Below are positions 46,386 through 59,758 of a DNA stretch of 64,000 nucleotides, one piece after another; the stretch's first letter is position 1; every line of letters starts with the position of its first letter. The notes under the pieces are model-generated. The model saw only the letters and a program-made list of their open reading frames with translations, ran no database searches and was not told where the DNA came from. Source of the stretch: Macrostomum hystrix (lineage: Eukaryota; Animalia; Platyhelminthes); the NCBI GenBank assembly GCA_950097015.1, contig CATNEN010000039.1, forward strand, positions 6,882,001-6,946,000. Direction: 5' to 3'. The translations under genes were made by a program, and so were the position numbers.

Positions 46386-47092
46386 ATCCCTATTAAAAAA
46401 GTAGGAATTCATGTTTATGAGGCAGAAATCCCTCTTGAACAGGTGGAATGGGACATTTAAACAGTAAAAAGCTGACCAAAACAGGTGAAAATCTATGATC
46501 GTAGCAGTTAAAAAAGAAGTGCATATAAAAATAATTTGCAGACTCACAGGCAGGCACAGGTGTGCAGTTCTGCAACTTCGCCTTGTCAGCTGACGTTATA
46601 AATTTTTCTGAAGAAAAACTAAATTAGCTAGAAAACAAAAATCTGATAGGAAGCGGGAAATATTTTGAGGCAATCAGTTTTTTTGTAGCAAACAAGAGAT
46701 AATCATCCGTTCCCGCTGTTGCGGAATGCTTCAATAGTTTTTTTAAACCCCCCTTTGGGATATCTCCAGCCTGGACAGTAACCTGCTGCGCTATGATGGG
46801 ACAACTGAGCTTAGCTTTTTTGTTGCTAAGCAATAAATGAGTTATTTTCTTCCCCGTGTGTGGCAAGTTTGTTAGAGTTGTGTGTTTGACAGGGATAAAT
46901 TCTGGGGGGGAAATGCTGCTGAATAGTACTGTGAAAATGCTGCACTTTAGGCCGCACAGCCTTGACCCAGATTGCTGGCCACTCCTGCTATCCAGAATGA
47001 CTAGTCAAATTTCTTTGATGCAACAATTATATAGCCAAATAGATGTGGGCATTTAGAATTTTGGGGTTCATTCTACGATTTTTAGGTGTTAC

Positions 47093-50000
47093 ATGAGGCA
47101 GAAGAGAAATGGCACAGTGGAGAGATGAGACAGTGGAGAAATGGCACAGTGGAGAAATGGGACAGTGGAGAAATGGCACAGTGGAGAGATGAGACAGTGG
47201 AGAAATGGCACCGTGGAGAAATGGGACAGTGGAGAAATGGCACAGTGGAGAAATGGGACAGTGGAGAAATGGCACAGTGGAGAAATGGGACAGTGGAGAA
47301 ATGGCACAGTGGAGAAATGGGACAGTGGAGAAATGGCACAGTGGAGAGATGAGACAGTGGAGAAATGGCACCGTGGAGAAATGGGACAGTGGAGAAATGG
47401 CACAGTGGAGAAATGGGACAGTGGAGAAATGGCACAGTGGAGAAATGGGACAGTGGAGAAATGGCACAGTGGAGAGATGAGACAGTGGAGAAATGGCACA
47501 GTGGAGAAATGGGACAGTGGAGAAATGGCACAGTGGAGAAATGGGACAGTGGAGAAATGGTACAGTGGAGAGATGAGACAGTGGAGAAATGGCACAGTGG
47601 AGAAATGGGACAGTGGAGAAATGGCACAGTGGAGAAATGGGACAGTGGAGAAATGGCACAGTGGAGAAATGGGACAGTGGAGAAATGGCACAGTGGAGAG
47701 ATGAGACAGTGGAGAAATGGCACAGTGGAGAAATGGGACAGTGGAGAAATGGCACAGTGGAGAAATGGGACAGTGGAGAAATGGCACAGTGGAGAAATGG
47801 GACAGTGGAGAAATGGGACAGTGGAGAAATGGGACAGTGGAGAAATGGCACAGTGGAGAAATGGGACAGTGGAGAAATGGCACAGTGGAGAAATGGGACA
47901 GTGGAGAAATGGCACAGTGGAGAAATGGGACAGTGGAGAAATGGGACAGTGGAGAAATGGGACAGTGGAGAGATGAGACAGGGGATAGATGAGACAGGGG
48001 ATAGATGAGACAGGGGGAGAGATGAGACAGGGGAAAAATGGGACAGTGGAGAGATGAGAAAGGGGATAGATGAGACAGGGGATAGATGAGACAGGGGAGA
48101 GATGAGACAGGGGAGAAATGGGACAGTAGAGAAATGGGACAGTGGAGAGATGAGACAGGGGATAGATGAGACAGGGGATAGATGAGACAGGGGGAGAGAT
48201 GAGACAGGGGAAAAATGGGACAGTGGAGAGATGAGACAGGGGATAGATGAGACAGGGGAGAGATGAGACAGGGGAGAGATGAGACAGGGGAGAAATGGGA
48301 CAGTGGAGAGATGAGACAGGGGAGAAATGGGACAGTGGAGAGATGAGACAGTGGAGAAATGGGACAGTGGAGAAATGGCACAGTGGAGAAATGGGACAGT
48401 GGAGAAATGGCACAGTGGAGAAATGGGACAGTGGAGAAATGGCACAGTGGAGAAATGGGACAGTGGAGAAATGGGACAGTGGAGAGATGAGACAGGGGAT
48501 AGATGAGACAGGGGGAGAGATGAGACAGGGGAAAAATGGGACAGTGGAGAGATGAGACAGGGGATAGATGAGACGGGATAGATGAGACAGGGGAAAGATG
48601 AGACAGGGGAGAAATGGGACAGGGGAGAAATGGGACAGTGGAGAAATGGCACAGTGGAGAAATGGGACAGTGGAGAAATGGCACAGTGGAGAAATGGGAC
48701 AGTGGAGAAATGGCACAGTGGAGAAATGGGACAGTGGAGAAATGGGACAGTGGAGAAATGGGACAGTGGAGAGATGAGACAGGGGATAGATGAGACAGGG
48801 GGAGAGATGAGACAGGGGAAAAATGGGACAGTGGAGAGATGAGACAGGGGATAGATGAGACAGGGGATAGATGAGACAGGGGAGAGATGAGACAGGGGAG
48901 AAATGGGACAGTGGAGAAATGGGACAGTGGAGAGATGAGACAGGGGATAGATGAGACAGGGGATAGATGAGACAGGGGGAGAGATGAGACAGGGGAAAAA
49001 TGGGACAGTGGAGAGATGAGACAGGGGATAGATGAGACAGGGGATAGATGAGACAGGGGAGAGATGAGACAGGGGAGAAATGGGACAGTAGAGAAATGGG
49101 ACAGTGGAGAGATGAGACAGGGGATAGATGAGACAGGGGATAGATGAGACAGGGGGAGAGATGAGACAGGGGAAAAATGGGACAGTGGAGAGATGAGACA
49201 GGGGATAGATGAGACAGGGGAGAGATGAGACAGGGGAGAGATGAGACAGGGGAGAAATGGGACAGTGGAGAGATGAGACAGGGGAGAAATGGGACAGTGG
49301 AGAGATGAGACAGTGGAGAAATGGGACAGTGGAGAAATGGCACAGTGGAGAAATGGGACAGTGGAGAAATGGCACAGTGGAGAAATGGGACAGTGGAGAA
49401 ATGGCACAGTGGAGAAATGGGACAGTGGAGAAATGGGACAGTGGAGAAATGGGACAGTGGAGAGATGAGACAGGGGATAGATGAGACAGGGGGAGAGATG
49501 AGACAGGGGAAAAATGGGACAGTGGAGAGATGAGACAGGGGATAGATGAGACAGGGGATAGATGAGACAGGGGAGAGATGAGACAGGGGAGAAATGGGAC
49601 AGTGGAGAAATGGGACAGTGGAGAGATGAGACAGGGGATAGATGAGACAGGGGATAGATGAGACAGGGGGAGAGATGAGACAGGGGAAAAATGGGACAGT
49701 GGAGAGATGAGACAGGGGATAGATGAGACAGGGGATAGATGAGACAGGGGAGAGATGAGACAGGGGAGAAATGGGACAGTAGAGAAATGGGACAGTGGAG
49801 AGATGAGACAGGGGATAGATGAGACAGGGGATAGATGAGACAGTGGAGAAATGGCACAGTGGAGAAATGGGACAGTGGAGAAATGGCACAGTGGAGAAAT
49901 GGGACAGTGGAGAAATGGCACAGTGGAGAAATGGGACAGTGGAGAAATGGGACAGTGGAGAAATGGGACAGTGGAGAGATGAGACAGGGGATAGATGAGA

Positions 50001-53000
50001 CAGGGGGAGAGATGAGACAGGGGAGAAATGGGACAGTGGAGAGATGAGACAGGGGATAGATGAGACAGGGGATAGATGAGACAGGGGAGAGATGAGACAG
50101 GGGAGAAATGGGACAGTAGAGAAATGGGACAGTGGAGAGATGAGACAGGGGATAGATGAGACAGGGGATAGATGAGACAGGGGGAGAGATGAGACAGGGG
50201 AAAAATGGGACAGTGGAGAGATGAGACAGGGGATAGATGAGACAGGGGAGAGATGAGACAGGGGAGAGATGAGACAGGGGAGAAATGGGACAGTGGAGAG
50301 ATGAGACAGGGGAGAAATGGGACAGTGGAGAGATGAGACAGTGGAGAAATGGGACAGTGGAGAAATGGCACAGTGGAGAAATGGGACAGTGGAGAAATGG
50401 CACAGTGGAGAAATGGGACAGTGGAGAAATGGCACAGTGGAGAAATGGGACAGTGGAGAAATGGGACAGTGGAGAAATGGGACAGTGGAGAGATGAGACA
50501 GGGGATAGATGAGACAGGGGGAGAGATGAGACAGGGGAAAAATGGGACAGTGGAGAGATGAGACAGGGGATAGATGAGACAGGGGATAGATGAGACAGGG
50601 GAGAGATGAGACAGGGGAGAAATGGGACAGTGGAGAAATGGGACAGTGGAGAGATGAGACAGGGGATAGATGAGACAGGGGATAGATGAGACAGGGGGAG
50701 AGATGAGACAGGGGAAAAATGGGACAGTGGAGAGATGAGACAGGGGATAGATGAGACAGGGGATAGATGAGACAGGGGAGAGATGAGACAGGGGAGAAAT
50801 GGGACAGTAGAGAAATGGGACAGTGGAGAGATGAGACAGGGGATAGATGAGACAGGGGATAGATGAGACAGTGGAGAAATGGCACAGTGGAGAAATGGGA
50901 CAGTGGAGAAATGGCACAGTGGAGAAATGGGACAGTGGAGAAATGGCACAGTGGAGAAATGGGACAGTGGAGAAATGGGACAGTGGAGAAATGGGACAGT
51001 GGAGAGATGAGACAGGGGATAGATGAGACAGGGGGAGAGATGAGACAGGGAAAAAATGGGACAGTGGAGAGATGAGACAGGGGATAGATGAGACAGGGGA
51101 TAGATGAGACAGGGGAGAGATGAGACAGGGGAGAAATGGGACAGTGGAGAAATGGGACAGTGGAGAGATGAGACAGGGGATAGATGAGACAGGGGATAGA
51201 TGAGACAGGGGGAGAGATGAGACAGGGGAAAAATGGGACAGTGGAGAGATGAGACAGGGGATAGATGAGACAGGGGAGAGATGAGACAGGGGAGAGATGA
51301 GACAGGGGAGAAATGGGACAGTGGAGAGATGAGACAGGGGAGAAATGGGACAGTGGAGAGATGAGACAGGGGAGAGATGAGACAGGGGAAAAATGGGACA
51401 GTGGAGAGATGAGACAGGGGAGAGATGAGACAGGATAGAGATGAGACAGGGGAGAGATGAGACAGGGGAGAGATGAGACAGGGGAGAGATGAGACAGGGG
51501 AGAGATGAGACAGGGGAGAAATGGGACAGTGGAGAGATGAGACAGTGGAGAAATGGGACAGTGGAGAAATGGCACAGTGGAGAAATGGGACAGGGGATAG
51601 ATGAGACAGGGGAGAGATGAGACAGGGGAGAGATGAGACAGGGGAGAGATGAGACAGGGGAGAGATGAGACAGGGGAGAGATGAGACAGTGGAGAGATGA
51701 GACAGGGAAGAGATGAGACAGTGGAGAGATGAGACAGGGGAGAGATGAGACAGGGGAGAGATGAGACAGGGGAGAGATGAGACAGGGGAGAGATGAGACA
51801 GGGGAGAGATGAGACAGTGGAGAGATGAGACAGGGGATAGATGAGACAGGGGAGAGATGAGACAGGGGAGAGATGAGACAGGGGATAGATGAGACAGGGG
51901 ATAGATGAGACAGGGGAGAGATGAGACAGGGGAGAAATGGGACAGTAGAGAAATGGGACAGTGGAGAGATGAGACAGGGGATAGATGAGACAGGGGATAG
52001 ATGAGACAGGGGGAGAGATGAGACAGGGGAAAAATGGGACAGTGGAGAGATGAGACAGGGGATAGATGAGACAGGGGAGAGATGAGACAGGGGAGAGATG
52101 AGACAGGGGAGAAATGGGACAGTGGAGAGATGAGACAGGGGAGAAATGGGACAGTGGAGAGATGAGACAGTGGAGAAATGGGACAGTGGAGAAATGGCAC
52201 AGTGGAGAAATGGGACAGTGGAGAAATGGCACAGTGGAGAAATGGCACAGTGGAGAAATGGCACAGTGGAGAAATGGGACAGTGGAGAAATGGGACAGTG
52301 GAGAAATGGGACAGTGGAGAGATGAGACAGGGGATAGATGAGACAGGGGGAGAGATGAGACAGGGGAAAAATGGGACAGTGGAGAGATGAGACAGGGGAT
52401 AGATGAGACGGGATAGATGAGACAGGGGAAAGATGAGACAGGGGAGAAATGGGACAGTGGAGAAATGGGACAGTGGAGAGATGAGACAGGGGATAGATGA
52501 GACAGGGGATAGATGAGACAGGGGGAGAGATGAGACAGGGGAAAAATGGGACAGTGGAGAGATGAGACAGGGGATAGATGAGACAGGGGATAGATGAGAC
52601 AGGGGAGAGATGAGACAGGGGAGAAATGGGACAGTAGAGAAATGGGACAGTGGAGAGATGAGACAGGGGATAGATGAGACAGGGGATAGATGAGACAGGG
52701 GGAGAGATGAGACAGGGGAAAAATGGGACAGTGGAGAGATGAGACAGGGGATAGATGAGACAGGGGAGAGATGAGACAGGGGAGAGATGAGACAGGGGAG
52801 AATTGGGACAGTGGAGAGATGAGACAGGGGAGAAATGGGACAGTGGAGAGATGAGACAGTGGAGAAATGGGACAGTGGAGAAATGGCACAGTGGAGAAAT
52901 GGGACAGTGGAGAAATGGCACAGTGGAGAAATGGGACAGTGGAGAAATGGCACAGTGGAGAAATGGGACAGTGGAGAAATGGGACAGTGGAGAAATGGGA

Positions 53001-54306
53001 CAGTGGAGAGATGAGACAGGGGATAGATGAGACAGGGGGAGAGATGAGACAGGGAAAAAATGGGACAGTGGAGAGATGAGACAGGGGATAGATGAGACAG
53101 GGGATAGATGAGACAGGGGAGAGATGAGACAGGGGAGAAATGGGACAGTGGAGAAATGGGACAGTGGAGAGATGAGACAGGGGATAGATGAGACAGGGGA
53201 TAGATGAGACAGGGGGAGAGATGAGACAGGGGAAAAATGGGACAGTGGAGAGATGAGACAGGGGATAGATGAGACAGGGGAGAGATGAGACAGGGGAGAG
53301 ATGAGACAGGGGAGAAATGGGACAGTGGAGAGATGAGACAGGGGAGAAATGGGACAGTGGAGAGATGAGACAGGGGAGAGATGAGACAGGGGAAAAATGG
53401 GACAGTGGAGAGATGAGACAGGGGAGAGATGAGACAGGATAGAGATGAGACAGGGGAGAGATGAGACAGGGGAGAGATGAGACAGGGGAGAGATGAGACA
53501 GGGGAGAGATGAGACAGGGGAGAGATGAGACAGGGGAGAGATGAGACTGGGGAGAGATGAGACAGGGGAGAGATGAGACAGGGGAGAGATGAGACAGGGG
53601 AGAGATGAGACAGGGGATAGATGAGACAGGGGAGAGATGAGACAGGGGAGAGATGAGACAGGGGAGAGATGAGACAGGGGAGAGATGAGACAGGGGAGAG
53701 ATGAGACAGTGGAGAGATGAGACAGGGAAGAGATGAGACAGTGGAGAGATCAGACAGGGGAGAGATGAGACAGGGGAGAGATGAGACAGGGGAGAGATGA
53801 GACAGGGGAGAGATGAGACAGGGGAGAGATGAGACAGGGGAGAGATGAGACAGGGGAGAGATGAGACAGGGGAGAGATGAGACAGGGGAGAGATGAGACA
53901 TGGGAGAGATGAGACAGGGGAGAGATGAGACAGGGGAGAGATGAGACAGGGGAGAGATGAGACAGGGGAGAGATGAGACAGGGGAGAGATGAGACAGGGG
54001 AGAGATGAGACAGGGGAGAGATGAGACAGGGGAGAGATGAGACAGGGGAGAGATGAGGCAGAAGAGAAATGGCACAGTGGAGAGATGAGACAGGGGATAG
54101 ATGAGACAGGGGAGAGATGAGACAGGGGAGAGATGAGACAGGGGAGAGATGAGACATGGGAGAGATGAGACAGGGGAGAGATGAGGCAGAAGAGAAATGG
54201 CACAGTGGAGAGATGAGACAGGGGATAGATGAGACAGGGGATAGATGAGACAGGGGAGAGATGAGACGGGAGAGATGAGACAGGGGAGAGATGAGACTGG
54301 GAGAGA
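47093..54306. repeat. 7.2-kb purine-rich 16-bp satellite (GACAGTGGAGAAATGG / GACAGGGGAGAGATGA variants) with ~514-bp higher-order repeats
   Basis: 16-bp period. Spurious ORFs recur at 49321, 49835, 50349 and 50863 (514-bp spacing). Confidence 0.97.
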
Positions 54307-54934
54307 TAGGAATTCGGGTCCTGGGTTGTAATAATTCGATAACAAACTGGAGATGAGGCCTATAGGTTGGGCCTATAGGTTGGGCCTATAGAACACATAA
54401 TAGAAGCGAACTCACCAAGACTTCCTACACAAGCACAGAAGCCAAAGTTCTCTTAAAGAACAGAAAAAAATCGAGCGCTGAGCAGAGATCAAAACGACAA
54501 CCTGACCGACCTTCCAGCCACACTTGGCCCAGGTGCGACTTTGAAATGTAGTTTATGTATTTAATAGCCAGTTAAGTTTGCTATCTTGGCTTCAAGCCAG
54601 CATCAACTCCAATAGTGTTGGAAATTGGCGGCAGTTTGTCAGATAACAGCTCAGATAAGATACAATGTAAGCGTGAGTAACATGGCAAAGCACCAGTGCC
54701 CACAGAAATAGTACCGCCGCTATCAACAACTAATTGACTGCCGTATCTTACCTGGGCCTCTTCCTTACAAGAGCTCAATGAGCTCAAACAGCTCAGGTTG
54801 AGGTCGCGGCTTTGTGGCCAAACGTTTGAGCACATTTAACCGAGGTTCCTCGGTAAAAAATGTGCGCTCATTATACTGAGAATTTCAGTGTGTACAGTTA
54901 CAACCGACTGTGGTAACTTGGCCATTGTTAATAA

Positions 54935-55125
54935 TTACATTGCAGGAGACCCACAGCCAGCGAGAAGGCAATAATGATCATCCGAAAACCCTGAACACAC
55001 ACACACAGGTGTAGTGTCCTGACTTGGTCATTTTCAGGCAGTGTACAGTCGCCCAGTGCTTTGAGGGCTGACCCTCATGATCATAAATTGCACGAGTCCG
55101 CAAGACTTCTCTCCGCGGCTGCGAC
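54935..55125 (-). mobile_element. Degenerate SINE family B fragment
   Basis: AGACCCACAGCCAGCGAGAAGGCAAT and TCAGGCAGTGTACA match 15460-15490 and 15592-15605. Confidence 0.55.
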
Positions 55126-55189
55126 TAAATTAATGCGGTCTCGCTGTGAATTCAAGCTCAGGGACTTCAGTGATTGTTGATCGCGGGCC

Positions 55190-56180
55190 TGGGAGATCGG
55201 ACATCAGAGCCTGAGGATCTGGGAGAGTGGACAGCAGAGCCTGAGGATCTGGGAGAGTGGACAGCAGAGCCTGAGGATCTGGGAGGTTGGACATCAGAGC
55301 CTGAGGATCTGGGAGAGTGGACAGCAGAGCCTGAGGATCTGGGAGAGTGGACGGCAGAGCCTGAGGATCTGGGAGAGTGGACAGCAGAGCCTGAGGATCT
55401 GGGAGAGTGGACAGCAGAGCCTGAGGATCTGGGAGGTTGGACAACAGAGCCTGAGGATCTGGGAGGTTGGACAACAGAGCCTGAGGATCTGGGAGAGTGG
55501 ACAGCAGAGCCTGAGGATCTGGGAGGTTGGACAGCAGAGCCTGAGGATCTGGGAGAGTGGACAGCAGAGCCTGAGGATCTGGGAGAGTGGACAGCAGAGC
55601 CTGAGGATCTGGGAGAGTGGACATCAGAGCCTGAGGATCTGTGAGGTTGGACAACAGAGCCTGAGGATCTGGGAGGTTGGACAACAGAGCCTGAGGATCT
55701 GGGAGAGTGGACAGCAGAGCCTGAGGATCTGGGAGATTGGACATCAGAGCCTGAGGATCTGGGAGGTTGGACTGCAGAGCCTGAGGATCTGGGAGGTTGG
55801 ACAGCAGAGTCTGAGGATCTGGAAGGTTGGACAGCAGAGACTGAGGATCTGGGAGAGTGGACAGCAGAGCCTGAGGATCTGGGAGAGTGGACAGCAGAGC
55901 CTGAGGATCTGGGAGAGTGGACAGCAGAGCCTGAGGATCTGGGAGAGTGGACAGTAGAGCCTGAGGATCTGGGAGAGTGGACATCAGAGCCTGAGGATCT
56001 GGGAGATTGGACATCAGAGCCTGAGGATCTGGGAGATTGGACATCAGAGCCTGAGGATCTGGGAGGTTAGACAACAGAGCCTGAGGATCTGGGAGGTTGG
56101 ACAACAGAGCCTGAGGATCTGGGAGGTTGGACAGCAGAGCCTGAGGATCTGGGAGGTTGGACAGCTGAGCCTGAGGATCT
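55190..56180. repeat. 30-bp minisatellite (ACAGCAGAGCCTGAGGATCTGGGAGAGTGG)
   Basis: About 33 copies in perfect register. Confidence 0.96.
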
Positions 56181-57044
56181 ACCAAACCCACACAACATAA
56201 TTAAGTGTGGCTATTTTGCATCTAGGTGAAGAAAAAAAGGATAAAAAAGTCCGTTCTAAAAGTTTTCACGGCCGAAACTGAAACAAAATAGGCCAATTTA
56301 AAACAGGACTAAAAACGGCTGCATTATAAGTGCATCGGCTTGATCAATACACGTAAAGGTAAACCTCACACATTTTATTTACCCCCTGCTGTATTTGCCA
56401 AACACGAAAAACTGGTGCAATGCAGATCTTCAACGCGAAAAAGCGATCTCGACTACTAAGTAGCTTGGTTGTGAGTAGGAGCCTGCGACAACAAAGGCTA
56501 AATTTTAAAGATAACTCGTTATAAATAATCTATGCTATATCTATACGAATATTCTACAATGATTGTGCAACTAACAGCAAATTGAATCAGCTGATCTTAA
56601 CAATAAATAACAGAAAGTGCAAAATGCGGTGAACGACTGTGACAGTGATATGCATGCCAAATCTATCATGGCCAATGAGGTAGGCTTCTCAACAACTAAT
56701 AACTCACACAGGCTAGGCCCGGCTGACAAAAAATAGACAACAAAACTAAATAATCGGAAAACTTGCGAAAAAAATACTCGACACAACAACATTTGTGAGC
56801 TTTCAAAAACTAACAATAATCAGAACGATGAGATTTCTATGTGAAAGTAAAAAGTTTTTTGACTAATATGACTATGAAATAGAAATTTAATTCGAATTGC
56901 AAAAATCCAGAGCAAAAACTGACGTAAAAAATGTCTAGACTCAAAATCGAAATGCTCCCCAGAGATTAGCAAAACTGTGACAATCAGGTGGCTTTGAAGG
57001 CTAATTGTTGTGAACTTTTTTACCATGACGAGCTAAGTAAAGTC

Positions 57045-58182
57045 TTGGGGTCTGGGGTCGGTGGGAAGGCCTGGGGATCTGAGGGGTGGGTGGGAACGGA
57101 AGGCCTGGGGATCTGAGGGATGGGTGGGAAGGCGTGAGGATCTGAGGGGTGGGTGGGAAGGCCTGGGGATCTGAGGGGTGGGTGGGAACGGAAGGCCTGG
57201 GGATCTGAGGAGTCGGTGGGAAGGCGTGAGGATCTGAGGGATGGGTGGGAAGGCGTGAGGATCTGAGGAGTCGGTGGGAAGGCCTGGGGATCTGAGGAGT
57301 CGGTGGGAAGGCCTGGGGATCTGAGGAGTCGGTGGGAAGGCCTGGGAATCTGAGGAGTCATTGGGAAGGCCTGGGGATCTGAAGAGTCGGTGGGAAGGCC
57401 TGTCGATCTGAGGGATGGGTGGGAAGGCGTGAGGATCTGAGGGGTGGGTGGGAAGGCCTGGGGATCTGAGGAGTCGGTGGGAAGGCCTGGGGATCTGAGG
57501 AGTCGGTGGGAAGGCGTGAGGATCTGAGGGATGGGTGGGAAGGCTTGGGGATCTGAGGGATGGGTGGGAAGGCCTGGGGATCTGAGGAGTCGGTGGGAAG
57601 GCCTGGGGATCTGAGGAGTCGGTGGGAAGGCGTGAGGATCTGAGGGATGGGTGGGAAGGCGTGAGGATCTGAGGAGTCGGTGGGAAGGCGTGAGGATCTG
57701 AGGGATGGGTGGGAAGGCGTGAGGATCTGAGGAGTCGGTGGGAAGGCCTGGGGATCTGAGGAGTCGGTGGGAAGGCCTGGGGATCTGAGGAGTCGGTGGG
57801 AAGGCGTGAGGATCTGAGGGGTGGGTGGGAAGGCGTGAGGATCTGAGGAGTCGGTGGGAAGGCCTGGGGATCTGAGGAGTCGGTGGGAAGGCCTGGGGAT
57901 CTGAGGAGTCGGTGGGAAGGCCTGGGGATCTGAGGAGTCGGTGGGAAGGCCTGGGGATCTGAGGAGTCGGTGGGAAGGCGTGAGGATCTGAGGAGTCGGT
58001 GGGAAGGCGTGAGGATCTGAGGGGTGGGTGGGAAGGCGTGAGGATCTGAGGGATGGGTGGGAAGGCGTGAGGATCTGAGGAGTCGGTGGGAAGGCGTGAG
58101 GATCTGAGGGATGGGTGGGAAGGCGTGAGGATCTGAGGGATGGGTGGGAAGGCCTGGGGATCTGAGGGGTGGGTGGGAAGGC
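57045..58182. repeat. 29-bp G-rich minisatellite (GATCTGAGGAGTCGGTGGGAAGGCCTGGG)
   Basis: About 38 copies with a few interchangeable variants. Confidence 0.96.
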
Positions 58183-58958
58183 AAGATGGCGGGAGTGGAT
58201 GTGTCACTTATGACGAGTATCTAGGAGCTTGCGAAGTATTAGAATTGATAATAGTATAAAAATGAACAGCAAAAGTACAAGATTGGAATACGTGGGTCAT
58301 CGGATTCTAAATAACATGTGGCTGTGACGAAATGCGAATCACAAGAACAAGCTAATTAACAAAAAAGGAAGTGCAGTTAGGTTAAAAAATTTTTTGTTAA
58401 TTTTCAATCTTCGCAATAAGTGCGGTTCCGCGAGTTGCTTGTACTTGTAAAAGAAATTAAATTTCAAAAAGAACTAAATATATTCATTGAAAACTTTACT
58501 ATAGCAGTAAGCTATCAGGAGTATAATCTGGGTATTAAAATGTTGTAAAGGACAACATGTACTGAAACAAAATGATAGAAGGATAGCATCTTTAAACTGT
58601 ATCAGCTGCTACAAACTGTATAAATCTCAGATAAATTAATAGAATGCACTTTATTAATATCAAGAAAACGGCTTGCAAAATAAAATTGAGAATAGAGATA
58701 AGGATGATAATAAGGTGGAAATAAATTTATAAGAGTATTAGCTAGAAAATTAAAAAGACAAAGAAGACCCCGGTGGAATTGTGTGTAAAAGAAGAATTAC
58801 ATGAATTATGTGCTACTAGAGAAAAATATGCACAGTTGTTGAACAGGCGAAGAATTAAACATTGCGGTGAAATATTCCAGGAATCGCTAGCACTTTACTC
58901 ACAGTAAGTAGTGCAGCAGGCACCATTAGATTTAAAATTCGACAAACGCTAATGAGCA

Positions 58959-59100
58959 TCAAAAGCCAGGAGGAGGCGGAGGCAGTCCGGTACAACTATC
59001 GTCGCTGTCGGCCGCGGAGGCGGCGCCGGTGCCAAAGATGAAAGCCGAGGCGCTGCCGACAAATCTGCGAAATGACAACGACTGATAATGTTGCTCTTGC

Positions 59101-59137
<37 letters not shown>

Positions 59138-59727
59138 TAATCGGGCGCTGCCGACTGTAATAATAGGCGCTATTATGATAGCCGATGTAGCTGCTACGCG
59201 CCTGCGACTGAGGCGGCAGAGGCTGCGGCGGCGGCGGCGGCTCGGAGATCTGGCGCTGATAGGCGGGCACGGAGGGCAGCGGCACTGCCACAGCGCCATT
59301 AGCCGCCGAGGCAGCCGCATTAGCTGAGGAGGAAGGCACCCCGGCTGAAGCAACAGCGGCAGCAGCCACCGCAGTCAGATAGGCCGACGACGAAAAGTCG
59401 ACAGAAGCTCGACGAAGCGTTGCGGTTCCGGAGGACATCAGCGAAGGAGACGAGGACACCAACGACATGGAGGGCGGCGGCTGCGGCGGTAACGGCGGAG
59501 GCAGCGGCCTGGGAGGCGGCATCGAGTAATGATTCTCAGCCGGTCCCTTGTCTGTAGAAGCAGCAGATGCTGCAGCGGCAGCGGCGGCGGTGGCGGCGGC
59601 GGCGCAGGACGCAGAGGAGGCTGAGGTGAAGGAGAGTTTTCGCCTCCTGGCTGCTGCATTGCGCTGCAATTCATTCAGGTTAGAATAGACTGGAGCTGGC
59701 AGGCTCTGGTCCGGGTAAAGCAGCGGC

Positions 59728-59758
<31 letters not shown>

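Noticed and set aside
47027-54345. Three 2000-2400 aa minus-strand ORFs (PCLISPLSHLSPVSS..)
   Set aside because: All three frames are open only because the 16-bp unit lacks stop triplets. The unit length is not 3n and indels shuffle frames freely.
55130-56191. 353-aa (LPDPQALLST)n ORF
   Set aside because: A 30-bp unit keeps the frame trivially, and there is no convincing start, splice context or unique domain. Coding use cannot be fully excluded without RNA data.
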